Positions 29,930 to 39,434 of a DNA stretch of 64,000 bases are shown here, one piece after another. The notes beneath the pieces were generated by a model. That model worked only from the letters and a program-made list of their open reading frames with translations, made no database searches and was not told where the DNA came from. The stretch spans positions 8,273 through 72,272 of the forward strand of contig JAGWZL010000007.1 of the NCBI GenBank assembly GCA_018968815.1. The letters are read 5' to 3'. Every line of letters begins with the position of its first letter. Within the stretch, counting starts at the first letter, position 1. The DNA is from Verrucomicrobiota bacterium (GTDB taxonomy: Bacteria > Chlamydiota > Chlamydiia > Chlamydiales > SM23-39). The position numbers and the translations under genes were made by a program.

Positions 29930-30924
29930 CGTGAAAACTCCTCCATCCGTTCCTGAGTTTTCTTCTTTCTTCTCGCAATCGTTTCCAACAGTTTTGCGTT
30001 GAACTCTTTCGCTGAATTATATCCCATATCTTTTAATCTGTGATTGAGCGCAATCGTCTCCAAAAGCAGAACGACGTCGCGGCCCGGCTTCACAGGAAGC
30101 AGGTGATACGGGACGCTCACTCCAAGAACATCGATAAATTTTTCATCCAGCCCCACCCGATCATAAAAATGTTGATCATCCCACTCTTCGAGTTTCACGA
30201 CAATGTCAATCCCTTTGTCGGGCCTTACGCACACAGCTCCATAAAGATGGGCCACATTGATGATCCCAATGCCCCGAATCTCCATCAAGTGGCGCGTCAG
30301 ATCGGGACCCGAACCAACCAGATAGGCGCCCTCTTTTTTCTTCACGCGGACCACATCATCGGAAATGAGACGGTGCCCCCTTTCGATGAGTCCAAGGGCC
30401 GCCTCGCTTTTCCCCACAGACGACTCCCCTTGAATCAAAACGCCGACGCCAAACACCTCGACAAGCGTGCCATGCAAGGTGACGCTGGGACAAAATTCTT
30501 CAAGCAGTAAAAAAGCGACGCGGCTGAGCAAATTGGTTGCCGTAGATGTGGCGCGAAAGAGAGGAATATGCATCGCCTCGCAGATGGCGATCATCTCTTT
30601 GGGAGCCGTTAAGCCTCGAGACACGATGACCGCGGGCGTGGTCGTGGTCAAAATCACTTTGAGCCGCTCCATCCGTACACTCGGGTCCAATTCGCGCAAG
30701 AATTCGATCTCTTGCTTGCCAAATACCAAAATGCGCGAAAAGACAAAGCCCTTTAAATATCCGGTCAGGCTCAAACCAGGGCGATGCACTTCTGCTTTAT
30801 GGATTTTGCGGGACAGACCCTGCGCGCCCGCCAAGAGCTCTAACCCTAAGTGTTTTCCGTGCTGTTCGAAAAAATGCTGCACTAAATACACAATGTCATC
30901 CCCTGTACATAACAGCTCAGCCAT
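29926..30924 (-). CDS. hprK: HPr(Ser) kinase/phosphorylase
   Basis: HGTLVEVFGVGVLIQGESSVGKSE, GHRLISDD, MEIRGIGII and PVKPGR motifs. Confidence 0.96.
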   Translation of the reverse strand: MAELLCTGDDIVYLVQHFFEQHGKHLGLELLAGAQGLSRKIHKAEVHRPGLSLTGYLKGFVFSRILVFGKQEIEFLRELDPSVRMERLKVILTTTTPAVIVSRGLTAPKEMIAICEAMHIPLFRATSTATNLLSRVAFLLLEEFCPSVTLHGTLVEVFGVGVLIQGESSVGKSEAALGLIERGHRLISDDVVRVKKKEGAYLVGSGPDLTRHLMEIRGIGIINVAHLYGAVCVRPDKGIDIVVKLEEWDDQHFYDRVGLDEKFIDVLGVSVPYHLLPVKPGRDVVLLLETIALNHRLKDMGYNSAKEFNAKLLETIARRKKKTQERMEEFSR

Positions 30925-31682
30925 TCTGAAAACGTGGGAAAAGCCAAATTTTCAGTCCACGATCTTTTATGACTCACATCTGATATTGTATAGTCGATTC
31001 CGGAAAAATAAACATTCCCCATTTCACTTCCAGGATACCAGTCGCGATAAAAACATTGAAAAGAGGCCAATCCAAGCGACTCATAAAAAGGAATCAACGC
31101 GCCTGGGTCGACTTCAGACGATCCCGATCGGATCCGTTTTTCCGAACGGAGAATGAGATCGGTCAAACTCCGCTTGGCATCGGGGACATCTTGGATCTCT
31201 AAGAGACCCATTTCCGATAATTTTCCAAAGCCGTTGTGCATCTTCAGAAAAGAGAGATAATCCCTCGGCAAATTGCAGTCGAGTTCACTTTTCATTTCAT
31301 TGCATTCCGCATCTCCAGCCGGAGGTTTTCCGCGGAAAAACGAACTGTGATCCGCAAGACTGTAGACGAGTTCCGCATCCATGGGCTCCCCTTCTATTTT
31401 CTGGGTGAGTACAACCGCCACATCATCGAGCCGCTCAAAGAATTCGAAAATCAGCGGATGAGCGCTGGGATGATAGGGAAGACGATCTAACCAAAAATCG
31501 CGGGTAAATTCTACGCGATCTTGTGGAAGAATTCTACTTAATTCATACCACCCTCTCGGAAGATCCAAAGCCAATTGATTCACTTCATCCCATGTACAAT
31601 CAGGCTCCTCGGACAAGATGCGAACGTGGCTATACCCGCTTTCCTTATTTGCTGTAAAAAAGCCGCGTGCTAGAGAATTCAT
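30882..31682 (-). CDS. Chlamydial SMI1/KNR4 family protein
   Basis: LPRDYLSFLKMHNGF motif; position between the pts genes and comEC as in Chlamydia. Confidence 0.78.
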   Translation of the reverse strand: MNSLARGFFTANKESGYSHVRILSEEPDCTWDEVNQLALDLPRGWYELSRILPQDRVEFTRDFWLDRLPYHPSAHPLIFEFFERLDDVAVVLTQKIEGEPMDAELVYSLADHSSFFRGKPPAGDAECNEMKSELDCNLPRDYLSFLKMHNGFGKLSEMGLLEIQDVPDAKRSLTDLILRSEKRIRSGSSEVDPGALIPFYESLGLASFQCFYRDWYPGSEMGNVYFSGIDYTISDVSHKRSWTENLAFPTFSEWLSCYVQGMTLCI

Positions 31683-31800
31683 AATGTCACTGTGACACAA
31701 TTAAAAATTTCTTTCCTTAGAAATTTTTTCTGATCTATACTTTGGATGTAAGTTGGTTGTTGGCAGAAACCAAATTTTGAACCACATTGGGTAGAATCCT

Positions 31801-33072
31801 ATGGCAAGTACGAAAGTTGTGATCCTCGGCGGCGGTTTTGCGGGCATTAATGCGGCAAAAGCGCTTGGCAACTCCAATTATGATGTGTGGATGATTGACA
31901 AAACCAACCACCATTTATTCCAGCCCTTATTATATCAAGTGGCGAGCGCGGCTCTTTCTCCTGGCGACATTGCGATTCCGATCCGAGAGATTTTGAAGCC
32001 GTTTCCGAATGTGACTGTGATCATGGGCGAGGTGGTTCAAATCGACAAGGAAAAGAATCTGATTATTTTGAGGAATGGGGATCAGATTGGCTATGAGTTT
32101 CTGATTGTGGCGTTAGGGGCGCGCCATTCCTATTTTGGGAATGATCAATGGGAGCCGTTTGCCCCGGGCTTGAAAACATTAGTCGATGCGTTAAAGATTC
32201 GGGAGCGGATCCTCATGTCTTTTGAGAAGGCGGAGCGGTGCGACAGCATTTCTGAGGCGCGCAAGTTTCTCAATTTTGTGATTATTGGGGGCGGTCCTAC
32301 TGGTGTGGAGATGGCGGGGGCGATTTCGGAGATTGCGTATCAGACGATGCTGCAAGATTTTCGGCGCATTGACACGACCAAGACGAAAATTCACCTCATT
32401 GAAGGCTCGCCTCATATTTTACCTGTGTATTCGGAAAAATTATCTCGAAAAGCGCAGCAATACCTCGAACAATTTGGGGTCAATGTGATTACGGGGAAAC
32501 GGGTCATTGGGGTTTCTCACGAAGGGGTCACGATCGAGGGGCTTTTTATTCCGGCGGAAAACGTTGTATGGGCAGCTGGCAACCAGGCATCGCCTGTTTT
32601 GAAAACGCTGGGCGTTCCTTTGGATCGGCAGGGCAGAGTGAATGTGGAGCCCGATTTAACGATTCCAGAACATCCAGAAATTTTTGTGTTAGGCGATGCG
32701 GCTTGCGCGCTGGATAAAAAAGGCAAACCGCTTCCGGCGCTTGCGCCTGTTGCAGTCCAGCAGGGGCGCTATGTCGCGCAGATTTTGCGCAGGCGCATTC
32801 CAAAAAATGCCCGTCCTCCGTTTATCTATTTTGATAAGGGGAGCATGGCAACGGTTGGGAAAAGTAAGGCCGTGGGGATGATGGGCAAGATGGAATTTAG
32901 CGGGCTATTCGCGTGGCTTGCTTGGTGTTTTATCCATATCTTATATCTGATTGGATTCCGCAATCGGATGGTGGTTTTAATGCAGTGGCTCTTTGCCTTT
33001 TTTGGCGCTCAAAGAGGGGCGCGGCTCATCAATCGATCTGTTGACGAAGAAATGCCCAAAGTTCATCAGTGA
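31801..33072 (+). CDS. ndh: Type II NADH dehydrogenase
   Basis: GGGFAG, HLFQPLLYQVA, GGGPTGVEMAG and WAAG motifs. Confidence 0.92.
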   Translation: MASTKVVILGGGFAGINAAKALGNSNYDVWMIDKTNHHLFQPLLYQVASAALSPGDIAIPIREILKPFPNVTVIMGEVVQIDKEKNLIILRNGDQIGYEFLIVALGARHSYFGNDQWEPFAPGLKTLVDALKIRERILMSFEKAERCDSISEARKFLNFVIIGGGPTGVEMAGAISEIAYQTMLQDFRRIDTTKTKIHLIEGSPHILPVYSEKLSRKAQQYLEQFGVNVITGKRVIGVSHEGVTIEGLFIPAENVVWAAGNQASPVLKTLGVPLDRQGRVNVEPDLTIPEHPEIFVLGDAACALDKKGKPLPALAPVAVQQGRYVAQILRRRIPKNARPPFIYFDKGSMATVGKSKAVGMMGKMEFSGLFAWLAWCFIHILYLIGFRNRMVVLMQWLFAFFGAQRGARLINRSVDEEMPKVHQ

Positions 33073-34478
33073 ACCAGACCGTTTTCTGGCAAAAATATCC
33101 GGCGCTTCTGTACGGGATTTCTCTTTTGGTGGGGACGAGCAGCGTTCTGTTTTGGCCTTTTCCTTGGCAATGGGTCTGGCCGTTTTGCATGGGTCTTTAT
33201 CTCCTCTTCTTGCGCAAGGTTCCTCCGTTATGCCTTCTGATCGCCGGCATGTATTACGCCTCCTTTTTTTCTCCTACATTGGAATCGGCGCGGGTGGGGT
33301 ATTTTTCACCTGCGATCTTGAAGCCGCATCAGACCCCTTTTACGAAGGAGCTGATGTATCAAGGGGTTTTGACAGCGCAAGGGCAAAGGGTGCCGTGTGG
33401 GATTGCATATACTTTATCTGAAGATCATCCGAAGGCGAATTGCGATTACATTGTGAAGGGGATTTTGAAGAAGCGCAGCGCCTATGACTATTTGTTTAAG
33501 GCCAAGGAGTGGATCCCCGTTGAGAACACGTGGCGTTTGGCGGAATTTCGGTTTCAGTGTAAAGAAGCTCTGCGTCATTTTCTCGATACCCATTTACACC
33601 GTCCGCGCGTGGCCTCTTTTTTGGGGTCATTATTGACTGGGGATGTGGAGGATCGGGCGCTCCGTTTTGAGTTTTCGAAGTTAGGATTGCAGCATATTTT
33701 AGCGATTTCTGGGTTTCATTTTGCGATTCTCATTTCATTTTGCACCTTTTTCTTAAATCTTTTTCTGTCGCATCGATCGAAATATCTCGTTCTTCTTTGC
33801 TCTGTCAGTCTCTATTTTCTTTTTGTGGGGTCTGTTCCTGCGGTGCAGCGCAGTTATTTAACGGTGCTTTTTTTTACGGTGGGCAAGCTGCTGAACCGCC
33901 CCTCCACGGGACTGAATTTATTGGGGGCCTCGTTGCTGATTGAGGTGTTGCTCAATCCGCTTGTGTCTGCGAATCTGGGATTTCAGATGAGTTTTCTAAG
34001 TTGTATTGGCATTCTTCTTTTTCGGCCCCTTTTTTTGCCTGTTGGCCAGTTTCTGTTTCCGGTCCACCGCAATCTGACTTTGATTTCTCAAAACGGCTAC
34101 TTACTCACCTCTTTTTTACGCGAGGCGATTGCGCTGACTTTGGCTGTGAATGCGGCTCTCCTTCCTCTTCTGCTGTATCACTTTCACACGTTTCCCCTTC
34201 TCTCTCTTCTCTACAACCTCTTTTTTCCTTTTCTCATCTCCCTCTCCCTCTTTCTCCTCCTTCTCTCTCTCCTCCTCTATCTCCTCTTCCCTCCCCTCTC
34301 TCTGTTTTTTCTCACCGATTTTTTGACCGCACAGTGGCTCGATCTGGCGGCCTACCCACCCCTTTTTCTCGATTATTCGATTCGGTGCCATTCTGTTCCA
34401 GCGTGGACGATTCCAATCTATCTGGTCTTTTTGTTTCTGGCAGCTACGCGGTTGGAGTCCTCTGAACTCAAAAGTTGA
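33069..34478 (+). CDS. comEC: ComEC/Rec2 competence-domain protein lacking the C-terminal beta-lactamase domain
   Basis: GLQHILAISGFHF, PAVQRS and GFQMSF motifs; multi-TM. Confidence 0.88.
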   Translation: MNQTVFWQKYPALLYGISLLVGTSSVLFWPFPWQWVWPFCMGLYLLFLRKVPPLCLLIAGMYYASFFSPTLESARVGYFSPAILKPHQTPFTKELMYQGVLTAQGQRVPCGIAYTLSEDHPKANCDYIVKGILKKRSAYDYLFKAKEWIPVENTWRLAEFRFQCKEALRHFLDTHLHRPRVASFLGSLLTGDVEDRALRFEFSKLGLQHILAISGFHFAILISFCTFFLNLFLSHRSKYLVLLCSVSLYFLFVGSVPAVQRSYLTVLFFTVGKLLNRPSTGLNLLGASLLIEVLLNPLVSANLGFQMSFLSCIGILLFRPLFLPVGQFLFPVHRNLTLISQNGYLLTSFLREAIALTLAVNAALLPLLLYHFHTFPLLSLLYNLFFPFLISLSLFLLLLSLLLYLLFPPLSLFFLTDFLTAQWLDLAAYPPLFLDYSIRCHSVPAWTIPIYLVFLFLAATRLESSELKS

Positions 34479-34579
34479 GAATTAGTGTATACTCCAACGA
34501 CAGTCTTTTAACTCTTTGCTTTTTTTTCAGCCATTCCGCTAAAATTGCGTACTCAAAAATAATCAACAGGAGTTTAACA

Positions 34580-35233
34580 ATGTCAACAGTATCTGCAGTT
34601 TGCCCCTTCTCTGTTATACCAATGACACAGCCATCCGAATTATTGCTGGATGCACTCCAGACAAATCCCAACGAGGTCGAGGCCTGGTTACAGCGTGGCC
34701 GGTCTATAGACGTGGAAGACACAATTTTTGTTCGTGGGGAACGTATGTCAAAGTATGAGTGTTTTCGCCAAGCGCTATCCATAAATCCAGAGGATGCTAA
34801 CACATGGCTAGAGATTGGCCTATTTCTTGGGAATGGTATATTTCTTGGGAATGATGGGTGGTTCACACAAGACGATTGTCTTCTCAAAGCCGCGCAATAC
34901 AATCCTGCGAATTCCTTTGTGTGGAGTGCACTGGGCAGTAGGCTTTCAGGGCGCGAGACCTACACCCACCCCACCACTGGGAAGTCTATGGATCGGGTGG
35001 AGTGCTTGCTCGAAGCCCTAAGGCTAAATCGCTTCAATGCGCACGCCTGGGACAGCTTGGCCGACTCTTGGTCTAATACACGCCCGATCTACCTGTGTGG
35101 GAACCTCCTGACGCTAGGTTTCTGCCGTCAGCAACGCGAGTTCAGTCTGAAGCACAAGCCCCAGTGGCAGTGGCCAGGAATCGAATCTTTGCTACGCGAC
35201 CGACCAGCCCCCCCCGCGCCCCCCATGGGTTGA
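34580..35233 (+). CDS. TPR-like repeat protein, possible effector
   Basis: RBS CAGGAG; three repeats of C-x3-A-x3-N-P/R-x5-W-x2-L/I-G/A. Confidence 0.7.
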   Translation: MSTVSAVCPFSVIPMTQPSELLLDALQTNPNEVEAWLQRGRSIDVEDTIFVRGERMSKYECFRQALSINPEDANTWLEIGLFLGNGIFLGNDGWFTQDDCLLKAAQYNPANSFVWSALGSRLSGRETYTHPTTGKSMDRVECLLEALRLNRFNAHAWDSLADSWSNTRPIYLCGNLLTLGFCRQQREFSLKHKPQWQWPGIESLLRDRPAPPAPPMG

Positions 35234-35275
35234 CGAATACCTCTAGATTCGGTTAATATTTTAACTCGATTCTAC

Positions 35276-35350
35276 GGCGATCGTAGCTCAGGTGGTTAGA
35301 GCGTTGGATTGTGGATCCAAATGTCGCGGGTTCGAGTCCCGTCGATCGCC
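35276..35350 (+). tRNA. tRNA-His(GTG)
   Basis: G-1 plus GCGATCG/CGATCGC-C acceptor; anticodon arm TTGGA-TTGTGGA-TCCAA; GGTTCGAGTCC; upstream TTGACG-N18-TAATAT. Confidence 0.97.
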
Positions 35351-35455
35351 CATTTAAATTTTAAAACAATATGACACCGGGCTTGCTCCCGTGCGCCAGA
35401 GCACGTAGGGGCTTGAGCGCGCGGGAGCATATCCCCTTCTATATGAGAGGGATCC

Positions 35456-36199
35456 ATGACCTTTCTTCAAGCCGTTCTACTAGGCATCATTCAAGGCCTG
35501 ACCGAGTTTTTTCCCGTTAGCTCGTCTGCGCATTTGAAGCTCGCACGGTGGTTCTTGGGAGCTCCAGATGACGTCATCTTCGACCTGGTCTGTCATTCGG
35601 GAACCCTGCTCGCCTTGGTGTGGTTTTTGCGTAAGGATGTCTGGGAGGTCCTCTGCAGTGTTCGTAAAATGGCTTTTTTTACGTTAGCGCTGATCCCGCT
35701 TGTGCCTGGCTACTTCCTTCTGAAGCCCGTGAGGGAGGCGCTCTCAGAACCTGCCTTTTTGGGGTTTGCTTTGATGGGAACGGGGGCGATCCTTTTTGCG
35801 GCCACTAAAAAAAAGGATGTAATCGAGAAGAAAAAATGGCATCATGTGCTATGTATCGGAATGATGCAGACGATGGCCCTCATCCCTGGAATCTCCCGCA
35901 GCGGTTCAACCATTGCAGCCGCGAGATTCTGCGGTTGGAATTGGCGGGAAGCTGCAAAATTCTCCTTTTTGCTCGCGATCCCGACGATTTTGGGCGGCGA
36001 GGCGCTGGAATGGCTCAAGGGGAGCGCTGCATCCCCAGTTGATTGGGGGTGTTATGTGGGAGGATTTGCCGCTTCTTTCGGACTCGGATCGGTCGGAGTC
36101 CGTTTCATCTTCTGGGTCTACGAGCAAGAAAATTTAAAACCCTTCGCCTGGTATTGCATTGGGCTAGGGCTCTTTGCGTGGGCAATGTTTCATGGCTAA
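35456..36199 (+). CDS. uppP: Undecaprenyl-diphosphate phosphatase
   Basis: QGLTEFFPVSSSAH, ALIPGISRSGSTI and FSFLLAIP motifs. Confidence 0.96.
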   Translation: MTFLQAVLLGIIQGLTEFFPVSSSAHLKLARWFLGAPDDVIFDLVCHSGTLLALVWFLRKDVWEVLCSVRKMAFFTLALIPLVPGYFLLKPVREALSEPAFLGFALMGTGAILFAATKKKDVIEKKKWHHVLCIGMMQTMALIPGISRSGSTIAAARFCGWNWREAAKFSFLLAIPTILGGEALEWLKGSAASPVDWGCYVGGFAASFGLGSVGVRFIFWVYEQENLKPFAWYCIGLGLFAWAMFHG

Positions 36200-38504
36200 A
36201 AAGAAAAAAACTCCCATCAATCCAGATGCGCAAGGCCTTTTTTTCTTCTCCGTCGGCGCACTCGCTCTTTTGGCCCTCTGGAGCTTTACCTTCTTGCATC
36301 CAGACGCCAATTGGCTCGGCTATGTAGGGTATATCGCGGCGCTCGGATTGGAGTCGCTATTTGGCCTCGGCGCCTACCTCATCCCCTGCTATTTCATGTG
36401 GCTTGGAGTGCGTCTTTTGAAGGGCCATAAACTCGTGCACGCCGATCACATCTATTTCTCCATCTTGCTCTCATCTGTCTGCATGCTGTTCACCGTCTTT
36501 GCGGAAAGCTACCCAGACAAAGCGCACCTTTGGGATGGCAAAGTGCTCTCGGAAACGTTGGCGCTCAGCAGCCCCTTTCCCCACACGCTGATCCGTTTTT
36601 ACTTAGGCGGCTTCCCCTTTTATTACGTCTTTACCGATTTGCCGGGCATCAATTTCCAAAATACATTGAGCCCAGTCGGCACCACCCTCATTTTCTTCAG
36701 TTTTGGCTTGGTGGCCTTTTTGCTTTTGACCCGCATCGAAGTGGTCGCAAACGCCAAATCCTTTTGGATGGGCATTAAGGCCCTCGTGGCCTGGACCGGA
36801 AAATGGGTGCAAAAAAAACCGGGGCTGCTCAAGGCGGAAAAAACCTTCACAGGATTGAAAATCAACCACCTGCCTCCAGAGCCAAAAAAGAAATTAACCG
36901 ACATCATCATCAAGCCAGAAAAAAAGGCCAAACTCATTGAGCCAGCCAAAAAAGAGGCTCAGATTGTGAAAAAAGAGGCGCCCGCCGTCGCTGTCAAAAA
37001 TCTGATGGTCCGCTCCGATCATTCCTATCAGCTGCCAAACCCCGATCTGTTGGCTGACCCGAACCGCAAAGTCGATCAGCCTGCCCTGAAAAAAGATCTG
37101 ATGCATCAGGCGGCCATTTTAGAAGAGACGCTCAAAAGCTTTGGCATCGAGGCGAAGGTGGGAGAAATCAACAGCGGTCCGACGATCACTTCTTTTGAAG
37201 TGCATCCGTCTGTTGGCGTCAAGGTGCAAAAAATCAAAGCGCTTGAGAACGATATTGCGCTCAATATGCAAGCGAAATCGATCCGTATCGTCGCCCCCAT
37301 CCCTGGCAAAGCAGCCGTCGGCGTGGAAGTGCCTGCGCTGCATCCTCAAGAGGTGAATTTTAAGGAGATGCTCCTTCACTATCAGCAAAAAAAGCGGCTC
37401 GGCATTCCGATTTTGCTCGGCAAGGCGATCAACGGCGAGTGGGTCTTTTCCGATTTGACCAAAATGCCCCACTGCCTCATCGCAGGCGCCACGGGATCGG
37501 GAAAGTCGGTCTGCATCAATACGGTTGTCATGTCCATTTTGATGAATGCGCGGCCCGATGAGGTCAAACTGCTGATGGTCGACCCGAAAAAAGTGGAGCT
37601 CACCCAATATTCCAAATTGCCCCACATGATCGCCCCCGTCATCACAGAGCCGCACGGCGCTTATGCCGCCTTGCAATGGCTCGTCAAAGAGATGCAGGTG
37701 CGCTACGAGATTTTAAAGCAGCTCGGCCTGAGAAATGTGGGCGCCTTTAACAACCGCAAAATCAATAAAGAATTGGAATCTTCGCTCAACATCCCCATCC
37801 CCGAACAGATGCCGTTCATCGTGGCCATCATCGATGAGTTTGCTGATTTAATGATGGTCTCCAGCGCCGATATTGAAACGCCCATTGCGCGCATCGCGCA
37901 AATGGCGAGAGCCGTTGGCATCCATTTGATTTTAGCCACTCAAAGACCGTCCCGTGAAGTGATTACAGGGATCATTAAGGCCAACATCCCGACGCGGATT
38001 TCTTTCAAAGTGGCAAGCAGGGTCAACTCCCAGATCATTCTCGACGACACCGGCGCAGAAAGCCTTTTAGGCAACGGCGATCTCCTGTTCTTGCCGCCCG
38101 GCTCCTCGCAGCTTTTGCGCGCACAAGGCGCCTACATCAGCGACGAAGAGATCAACCGCGTGATTCACGAGATCGCGGCGCAAAGCCCCACCAATTACCT
38201 GATCCCCTCTTTTGATTCATTCCGATCCTTGGAAACGGTGGGCGATGATGAGCCGAAAGGCAAAGACGCTCTCTACGATCAGGCGCTCACCATTGTGGTG
38301 GCCTCCAAAAGCGCATCGACCACCTTTTTGCAGCGCAAATTGAAAATCGGTTACGCCCGCGCAGCGAGCTTGATGGATGAGCTCGAGCAAAACGGCATCA
38401 TCGGCCCTCAAGAAGGGGCTAAACCGCGTAGAGTCATTGGGGGCGGCCTCGCTCAACCCGCCTCCTTCGACGACGACGATACCGAAGGCGAACTCTCAGA
38501 ATAG
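36192..38504 (+). CDS. ftsK: DNA translocase FtsK
   Basis: N-terminal TMs; HCLIAGATGSGKS, IIDEFAD, ATQRPS and gamma domain LQRKLKIGYARAA. Confidence 0.97.
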   Translation: MAKKKKTPINPDAQGLFFFSVGALALLALWSFTFLHPDANWLGYVGYIAALGLESLFGLGAYLIPCYFMWLGVRLLKGHKLVHADHIYFSILLSSVCMLFTVFAESYPDKAHLWDGKVLSETLALSSPFPHTLIRFYLGGFPFYYVFTDLPGINFQNTLSPVGTTLIFFSFGLVAFLLLTRIEVVANAKSFWMGIKALVAWTGKWVQKKPGLLKAEKTFTGLKINHLPPEPKKKLTDIIIKPEKKAKLIEPAKKEAQIVKKEAPAVAVKNLMVRSDHSYQLPNPDLLADPNRKVDQPALKKDLMHQAAILEETLKSFGIEAKVGEINSGPTITSFEVHPSVGVKVQKIKALENDIALNMQAKSIRIVAPIPGKAAVGVEVPALHPQEVNFKEMLLHYQQKKRLGIPILLGKAINGEWVFSDLTKMPHCLIAGATGSGKSVCINTVVMSILMNARPDEVKLLMVDPKKVELTQYSKLPHMIAPVITEPHGAYAALQWLVKEMQVRYEILKQLGLRNVGAFNNRKINKELESSLNIPIPEQMPFIVAIIDEFADLMMVSSADIETPIARIAQMARAVGIHLILATQRPSREVITGIIKANIPTRISFKVASRVNSQIILDDTGAESLLGNGDLLFLPPGSSQLLRAQGAYISDEEINRVIHEIAAQSPTNYLIPSFDSFRSLETVGDDEPKGKDALYDQALTIVVASKSASTTFLQRKLKIGYARAASLMDELEQNGIIGPQEGAKPRRVIGGGLAQPASFDDDDTEGELSE

Positions 38505-39269
38505 AATCGCCTTGGCAGATCGATCCTGATAGGCAATGGAGAGTTCTACTGAGAGTTGCTTTGCCTTCAGCGCTTCAGAGACCACTGCGAGCGCCCTTTC
38601 TTCGGCATTGCATTCCGAGGAGAGATGCGCCAGGTGCACATGCTTCAATCCGGGGTGGAATACCGCAATGAGCAACTCCGCGCATTGCTCATTGGATAAA
38701 TGGCCCGATTTGCCCAAAATGCGCTGCTTGAGCATGGCGGGACGATTGGAGGCGTGGACCATCGATGGATCGTGGTTGGCCTCCAAATAGAGAAAATCGC
38801 ACCGCTCCAGCTGCTTTTTGATGAGCGACGTCGCATGACCCAAATCGGTGCAAATGCCAAGTTTAATGCCGCCTGTTTGGATCGTAAAAGCCACCGGATC
38901 CAGCGTGTCGTGCGGCACGCTAAACGGATGCACGACAAGATCGCCAAATTGAAACGTCTCGCCCGTCGTGAAAATCTTGAATTTGGGCCTCTCCCCGAGC
39001 GCCGCATAAATCCCTTTCGCCGTATCGGCATTCGCAAGCACTGGGACGCCGAGCTTGCGGGCTAACAGAGGCAGCCCTTGAATGTGATCGGAATGCTCAT
39101 GCGTAATCAGAATCGCTTGAATGGTGTGCGGATCGATCGATGCCTCTGCCAATCTTTGCAAAATCGCCGTGCAAGAAAGCCCCGCATCAATGAGAACGCG
39201 CGTCGTCTGGCTGCCTACAAACAGACAGTTCCCTTTCGAACCAGATGCAAGCGGCAAAAAACCAAACAT
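38496..39269 (-). CDS. MBL-fold metallohydrolase (YycJ/WalJ-like)
   Basis: LASGSKGN, THEHSDH, PHD, GHLSN and LAHLS motifs; convergent with ftsK as in Chlamydia. Confidence 0.92.
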   Translation of the reverse strand: MFGFLPLASGSKGNCLFVGSQTTRVLIDAGLSCTAILQRLAEASIDPHTIQAILITHEHSDHIQGLPLLARKLGVPVLANADTAKGIYAALGERPKFKIFTTGETFQFGDLVVHPFSVPHDTLDPVAFTIQTGGIKLGICTDLGHATSLIKKQLERCDFLYLEANHDPSMVHASNRPAMLKQRILGKSGHLSNEQCAELLIAVFHPGLKHVHLAHLSSECNAEERALAVVSEALKAKQLSVELSIAYQDRSAKAILF

Positions 39270-39434
39270 GGTTGCTGATTGTAGTGCACAAATCTTTTTT
39301 TGTCTCATGTTTCCATCGCCAAAACATGCAATCCTATTCCTGGTGGCAATTTGGGCGATCATATCTATAAAAAATTTATTGACCACATCTTCACAGTCTA
39401 ATACACTCGCCCCTCTTCAAGAAAGGAGTCATGT

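Noticed and set aside
30882-31682. SMI1/KNR4 protein as the immunity gene of a toxin system
   Set aside because: No adjacent toxin, and its position matches a conserved chlamydial core gene.
34190-34325. Long pyrimidine-rich tract and the antisense Glu/Lys-rich ORF 34116-34391
   Set aside because: Explained by Leu/Phe/Ser/Pro codons of ComEC TM helices; the antisense ORF is a by-product.
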